NCBI GenBank assembly: GCA_947367055.1
Contig: CANBCI010000003.1
Location: forward strand, 161,508-225,507
Reading direction: 5' to 3'
Length of the DNA: 64,000 nt
Source: an uncultured Alphaproteobacteria bacterium
Lineage (GTDB): Bacteria; Pseudomonadota; Alphaproteobacteria; Rs-D84
Positions 59,171-64,000 of this stretch are shown here, piece after piece. The notes under the pieces are model-generated. The model did no database searches, was not told the DNA's origin, and worked only from the letters and a program-made list of their open reading frames with translations. A program made the position numbers and the translations under genes. Numbering within the stretch: the first letter of the stretch is position 1; each line of letters begins with the position of its first letter.

Positions 59171-60502
59171 TTATTCACCCAATTTTTTGATTGATTCAAC
59201 AGACATTAACAAACCGTACTTTGCCTGCAGCAAGGCCGTATCCAACTGATACAGGCCCGCCGACACTTCGGCCAGTTCGACGGCCGATGTCTGGCCTGCG
59301 GCAAAGCGTTCGGTTGAAAACTGGTACGCCTTGGCCGCCAGATTGCGCGCGTTTTCCAGCGTCGCCAAATTGTCACGCAAATGGTTGTATTTCTTTATCG
59401 CGTTGTCATATTCCTCTGTCTTCAGCTTCTTTGACTTGTACAGGTCCTGGCGCGCGGCCTCGGCATCCATGGCATCCATGGTCGCGTTTGCACGATGCAG
59501 CCCACCACTAAACAACGGCATTTGCATTGCCAGCCCCCAATACGCCGACTGGGTTCCCTTTTTATCAAACATTGTGTCAAATTCGTTGCCCATGGCGAAA
59601 TAGTTATAAGACGCCGTCGCCGCCAGTGTCGGCAGATATTCCGCACGCGATGATTTCACCTTGGATTCGTACATTTTCACCTGCCCGGCCAAAACGTCCC
59701 ATTCGGGCGTGTTTTCCAATTTTCCCGCATCCAAGGCCGGGAATGATTTTGGAAAATCGTCGGTCAGTGTGATTTCTTCATTCACATCTATCCCCGCAAA
59801 AATCTTAAGCATGCGGTACGCGGTGTCACGATTAAACTCCGCATTGGACAGATTGATTTCCTTGGTTGCGATGTCGGATTCAATTTTAACCAGGTTGCTG
59901 CGGCTGGCGCGGCCCGCCGCCCCCAGATTGCGACGCGCATTGCGTGCCGCCTGTAAATCAGATTTTGCGATTTTTACAATGTCGTCCGTCATTTTTGCGG
60001 TCCAATACAAATCAGTCGCGCTGTATTTAACCTCGCGGCGAACCATTTCACGGCTGGCCTCGGACATCTTTATGGCGGCCTTTACACTTTTAACCGCGTT
60101 GCCGATTTTACCAAATGTATAAATCGGCTGGCTGGCGCTGACGCCGACGGTGAACATGTTATCCGGAATTTCCAGATACACCGACTGATTGGCCAGCGAC
60201 TCGTCAATCATCGCACCCAACTGCGACGGCAGTGTAACGCCACGTGCCTTGGATGGGTCTTCGACATTAACCAGGTTCATGTATGTCGCCGATCCGTCTA
60301 TTTTGAACCAGCGGTTTGCATTAACCGCATCCAACTGCGCGGTGGCCTTTTTCACATTGGCCTCGGCCTTTTTTAAATCCTCCGATTCGTGCATGATCAT
60401 GTCAACCGCCGTTTGCAATGACAAATCCATGGCGGCGACACCGCGCGAAAACACACACGCGCACAATGCGCACGCAATAAATGCAAATCGCTTGTTAAGC
60501 AT
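59171..60502 (-). CDS. TolC family outer membrane efflux protein
   Basis: It is 443 aa with a signal peptide and coiled-coil/beta-barrel repeats. Confidence 0.85.
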   Translation of the reverse strand: MLNKRFAFIACALCACVFSRGVAAMDLSLQTAVDMIMHESEDLKKAEANVKKATAQLDAVNANRWFKIDGSATYMNLVNVEDPSKARGVTLPSQLGAMIDESLANQSVYLEIPDNMFTVGVSASQPIYTFGKIGNAVKSVKAAIKMSEASREMVRREVKYSATDLYWTAKMTDDIVKIAKSDLQAARNARRNLGAAGRASRSNLVKIESDIATKEINLSNAEFNRDTAYRMLKIFAGIDVNEEITLTDDFPKSFPALDAGKLENTPEWDVLAGQVKMYESKVKSSRAEYLPTLAATASYNYFAMGNEFDTMFDKKGTQSAYWGLAMQMPLFSGGLHRANATMDAMDAEAARQDLYKSKKLKTEEYDNAIKKYNHLRDNLATLENARNLAAKAYQFSTERFAAGQTSAVELAEVSAGLYQLDTALLQAKYGLLMSVESIKKLGE

Positions 60503-60944
60503 TTTCCAACTCCATATCTGTTAAAATCTTTTCTATTTCCCGCAGGGCATTTGTAAAACGCGCCTCGTCCTTTTGGGAAAGGCCACTAAACATTTTCTCA
60601 ATGCCGCCACGAAATTTTTCAATTGCGGCCGCCGCCAAATCCACGCCGCGGGCCGTGCATTCATACCAAGTATTGCGACGGTCCGTTTCATCAACCGCGC
60701 GCGAAACAAATCCGTCGCGTTCCAGTTTACGGAATGCCGCGCACAAATTCGGCGTGGTAATCTGTTCGCAACGCGCGATATCCTTCAGACGCGTGCGTCC
60801 GCTGACATACAGCCGTACCAGAATATTTAACTGCTGCCGCGGCAACGTGGGTGACTGTGTGGGTTCTTTTTTTAGTTTATATGCCAGTTTGTCCAACAAT
60901 AAAATATTGTTTTCCATCAACTGAACAAATTCCTTGCGCGCCAT
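60495..60944 (-). CDS. MarR family transcriptional regulator
   Basis: It has a winged HTH and is the first gene of the efflux operon. Confidence 0.8.
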   Translation of the reverse strand: MARKEFVQLMENNILLLDKLAYKLKKEPTQSPTLPRQQLNILVRLYVSGRTRLKDIARCEQITTPNLCAAFRKLERDGFVSRAVDETDRRNTWYECTARGVDLAAAAIEKFRGGIEKMFSGLSQKDEARFTNALREIEKILTDMELENA

Positions 60945-61117
60945 GTAATTATCCTTTATAATAATTAATGAAGTGTTTAATTGTTAAAAATCTGAATAAT
61001 TATATATTTTAACAATTCTATTGCAAGCAAAAAATTCACAATTTTTTATTTTTATTCCCACGGCTGGATTTTTATTATTGCAAAACCCGCAAAGATAATT
61101 ATAATCAATAGCGCTTT

Positions 61118-61191
61118 TGGGGTGTCGTCTAATGGTAGGACAAGAGATTTTGGTTCTCTTTATCATGGTTCGAATCCGTGCGCCCCAACCA
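61118..61191 (+). tRNA. tRNA-Gln (anticodon TTG), U1-A72 first pair
   Basis: TGGGGTGTCGTCTAATGGTAGGACAAGAGATTTTGGTTCTCTTTATCATGGTTCGAATCCGTGCGCCCCAACCA folds as a cloverleaf. Confidence 0.8.
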
Positions 61192-62088
61192 GAATAAACA
61201 AAGTCACCCAAAAGGTGGCTTTCCTTTTGGAAAACCAAGATTTTTGCAGAGTTCGAAAATGTGATTTAAAATTTATTGACACTTTCGAACTAATTATAAA
61301 CGTATTGCAAGAATATGACATTTTTGATATAAATTTTATGAAGAGGTCTGGCATATGACTGGTATTGACTATATAAAAAATGCTGTTTTTGAATTGCTAA
61401 AAAATAATTCTAATGGGCATGATGATAAACATGTATTTCGCGTTTATAATACTGCCATGAATTTTTGTGACGATATTCCGTCGGCCAACCACGATTTAGT
61501 CGCAGCCGCAGCCCTGTTGCACGATTGCGACGATTACAAATTATTTGGCGAAGAATCAGAAAGGCTATTGACGAACACAAGACGCATATTATCAGGTTCT
61601 GGATTTGATGCCGAATTTTGTGAAAATGTTATCAATATAGTAAAAACAATTGGATACAGCAAGCGGTTGAAAGGTATTAAAGCGTATGGTATTGAAGGCG
61701 AAATTGTATCTGATGCTGATATGTGCGATGCATCGGGGGCAACTGGTATGTTGCGTTGTATTGAATATCGTTCTAGCAGTGGCCAACCATTTTTTGATCC
61801 AAATTATTTACCCTGTGAAATGGATGCCGCGACATATAGAAAATCAAAAATTGATCCATGCGTAAATCATTTCTTTGTTAAAATATTTCATTTGCGAGAT
61901 ATGTGTTTGACAGAACCAGGACGTAAATATGCGGCAAAAAAACATAAAGCCATTGTTGATTTCCTAAAAACATATTTTGACGAAGTCAATGCACCACAAA
62001 TATGGTACGATTTGTTGAAAAAATATGAATAAATAACCCGCATTCCGCCAGCACCCAGCACCCCACAACCACGATAAACAAAGTCACC
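61192..62088 (+). mobile_element. low-GC islet at tRNA-Gln 3' end flanked by approx 27 bp direct repeats (61183-61208 and 62061-62088), each followed by a similar hairpin terminator
   Basis: DR1 is CCCCAACCAGAATAAACAAAGTCACC and DR2 is CCCCACAACCACGATAAACAAAGTCACC. The enclosed HD gene is visibly AT-rich. Confidence 0.45.
61355..62032 (+). CDS. HD domain phosphohydrolase
   Basis: H...HD motif (HDDKHVFRV…LLHDCDD). Confidence 0.7.
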   Translation: MTGIDYIKNAVFELLKNNSNGHDDKHVFRVYNTAMNFCDDIPSANHDLVAAAALLHDCDDYKLFGEESERLLTNTRRILSGSGFDAEFCENVINIVKTIGYSKRLKGIKAYGIEGEIVSDADMCDASGATGMLRCIEYRSSSGQPFFDPNYLPCEMDAATYRKSKIDPCVNHFFVKIFHLRDMCLTEPGRKYAAKKHKAIVDFLKTYFDEVNAPQIWYDLLKKYE

Positions 62089-62138
62089 GCACAGGTGACA
62101 TTTTCTTTGATTTCCTAATATTTTATGCTTCTTTCGAA

Positions 62139-62687
62139 CTATTTTTTATATTTAACATAAACCAGTTCATCGCATTTGCCTGTACATTTTGCCCAGGATG
62201 CCATTGGCCGACGTTCCAAAAATTCATAACCATTGCGCTTTGCAACATTTTCTGAACGGATATTTCCGTCATCTATTTCAATGATTATTTTATTAAAGCC
62301 AAAGTTAAACAATTCTTGTTCAAGGGCGGACAGTGCCTCACCCATATATCCATTGCCAGATGCAGGCTTCGTCTGCCAGTATCCTACATAACCGGAATCT
62401 GCCCCCGTACGCTTAAAACGTATGCGACCAATAAATTCATTATCATGAAATATACCATAGCAGACAGCTTCATCCGTCACACGCTGCTGAATACGTTTTT
62501 GCAACAGTGCCTTAACATCATCGGGGGATTTTATATATTCCATGAAACCTTGAAAGCTTTCTATATAATCACGACTGCCGTCCATGGCATTATAAATCAT
62601 TTGTGCATTTTCATCGGTTGCATCCAACGTGCGCAATTCCAGCCGTAGTGTTAATATTGTCTCCGCAAATTCTGACAAAGGCCTCAT
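62139..62687 (-). CDS. GNAT family N-acetyltransferase (RimJ/RimL-like)
   Basis: It has the GNAT core (…IGRIRFKRT…GYMGEAL…). The start MRPLSEF is preceded by AAAGGA. Confidence 0.7.
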   Translation of the reverse strand: MRPLSEFAETILTLRLELRTLDATDENAQMIYNAMDGSRDYIESFQGFMEYIKSPDDVKALLQKRIQQRVTDEAVCYGIFHDNEFIGRIRFKRTGADSGYVGYWQTKPASGNGYMGEALSALEQELFNFGFNKIIIEIDDGNIRSENVAKRNGYEFLERRPMASWAKCTGKCDELVYVKYKK

Positions 62688-62908
62688 ATACAATCCTTTT
62701 ACATTATAGTTACCTGTATTATAGCACGATATCAAAACATGGCCTAGCCATTACCACAAATTAGCAGCATGGCCTTTACTTGTTCAATTTCCGGTGCCAT
62801 TTTGATTAAATCATTATAATAATTGGTTCGAAAATTGCCAGTCAGGCACAACCAAAATAAACAACACCGCCAAGAAGGGTGGTGCTTTTATCAATTCACA
62901 CAAAAATA

Positions 62909-63811
62909 TTATTCCGCATCATAATATTTATGGAACATCTTGGCGGCGGCACGCAATGATTTTTCAATATTAGAATTATTTTCGGCCGGCCCCCAACTTT
63001 TTATATCACTGCGTTCACCAATTCCCAAACATTTCCCAGGATTCAATTCCAGCGTTAACGGAAATTTGTATTTCATCTTTTTGAGCTCGCAAAAAAAACG
63101 TTTAAAATCAATTCCACCCATATGAAACGGATTATGAAAATCAACGCACGGATATGTATTGTGCAAATGGAATGTGAAAACACGATCTTTTAATATTTCC
63201 AATGTTTGCCAAAAATGCTTTTCCACATCTTTTTGGGCCTCTGGACTTTCAGATGCATACGCATGCCCCACATCAAAGCAAAATCCCAAATTATCCGCTT
63301 TGATTCTGTCTTTAAAATATTGTAAATTATTATGGTACGCAAACAGTGACCCCCGCATCCACGTTGTTTCAATCGCTATTTTCATACCATGCTTTGCGGC
63401 ATGTCGCGCCAATGCGTGTGCCCATTTCACGCACAATTCCATGCGCGCCGGATGTTCGGATAGTGGGAAAGCCCCTTCGTCTGGGTGTATAACCGCTACC
63501 TGTATCCCAAGCTTTGCATAATAATCAATACAGTCTTTGATATATTCCAACCGCTGTTTATATACTGCCACATCAAAAGACAATTGTCCGCCCACCATCG
63601 GCAAATGACCGCTGAAAAAGCGCAAGCCGGCATTACGCATTACTTTGTTGATTATTTTTGGATTCGTAGAAAAATGTCCGACGGACGGGAAATATTCCGC
63701 CGCGGAAAATCCGGTCTTTTTCAGAATTGCCGGCAAAGAAAAAAAATCGATGCCATAATCCTTGCTGGGGTGTTGACATTCAAACCAGCCGATATTAATA
63801 GACAGTTGCAA
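62909..63811 (-). CDS. sugar phosphate isomerase/epimerase (xylose isomerase-like TIM barrel)
   Basis: TIM-barrel AP-endonuclease-2/xylose-isomerase-like pattern (…AVIHPDEG…FDVGHAY…). Confidence 0.65.
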   Translation of the reverse strand: MQLSINIGWFECQHPSKDYGIDFFSLPAILKKTGFSAAEYFPSVGHFSTNPKIINKVMRNAGLRFFSGHLPMVGGQLSFDVAVYKQRLEYIKDCIDYYAKLGIQVAVIHPDEGAFPLSEHPARMELCVKWAHALARHAAKHGMKIAIETTWMRGSLFAYHNNLQYFKDRIKADNLGFCFDVGHAYASESPEAQKDVEKHFWQTLEILKDRVFTFHLHNTYPCVDFHNPFHMGGIDFKRFFCELKKMKYKFPLTLELNPGKCLGIGERSDIKSWGPAENNSNIEKSLRAAAKMFHKYYDAE

Positions 63812-63900
63812 AATATTCTCCTTTGGCGGAATTATATCATAATTTGGAAATGAAAATATCTGAAATTTTCTAAAATTTTACGTACTTTCGAACCGATAGG

Positions 63901-64000
63901 TTATTTATCAATCTTGAACTTTGGGTACATCTTCATATCACGCGGCACGCCATAAAGTTGAAAAGCACAACGCATGGCCACCGCATCACAGGCCATATCA
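63901..64000 (-). CDS. 3' end of a minus-strand gene truncated by window edge (…MACDAVAMRCAFQLYGVPRDMKMYPKFKIDK*)
   Basis: An open frame runs to the edge and ends in TAA at 63901-63903. Confidence 0.3.
   Translation of the reverse strand, partial: DMACDAVAMRCAFQLYGVPRDMKMYPKFKIDK

Overview
This 64 kb window appears to be a chromosomal segment from an alphaproteobacterium, possibly with a host-associated lifestyle. The taxonomic call rests on gene order alone: plsX-rpmF with fabH-ihfA nearby, an alpha-specific UPF0335/DUF2312 protein, a CdnL/CarD regulator, and the secE-nusG-rplKAJL-rpoBC cluster. The standard genetic code is in use; TGA terminates the kefB-like gene. The conserved core comprises rpmG, an OMP beta-barrel gene, a yhbQ-like GIY-YIG gene, mraZ, fabH, ihfA, a large pyruvate:ferredoxin oxidoreductase (nifJ), bamE, plsX, rpmF, rpoB/C, the ribosomal protein cluster, secE, yidC, lspA, a CPA2 antiporter, rsmA, recR, a DacC-like carboxypeptidase with a SPOR domain, and pyk. 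tRNAs called are Leu(TAG), Arg(CCT), Trp(CCA) and Gln(TTG). The accessory content includes (i) a virB8-virB9-virB10 type IV secretion core between tRNA-Trp/secE and yidC, with an atypical VirB9 (C-terminal SPOR-like domain) and VirB10 (Cys-rich C-terminal extension); (ii) a family of at least five secreted cysteine-rich proteins with EGF-like CxCxxG[YF] signatures; (iii) a MarR-TolC-MFP-RND efflux operon; (iv) a MerR-regulated DUF362/flavodoxin/flavodoxin operon next to a MerT-like gene; (v) a three-gene secreted-protein operon behind a long structured leader; and (vi) a low-GC islet at the tRNA-Gln 3' end. The most interesting feature is a roughly 120 nt structured leader conserved in three copies. 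Each has a P1 hairpin CUCCAACC/GGUUGGAG, a covarying P2 stem, and a terminator whose 5' arm repeats CUCCAACCAC followed by a U-run. Each lies about 25 nt upstream of an envelope or secreted-protein gene (OMP, PAP2 phosphatase, Cys-rich secreted protein). This makes it a candidate new attenuator or riboswitch-like cis-regulatory RNA. All calls are from reading the sequence; no database searches were run.
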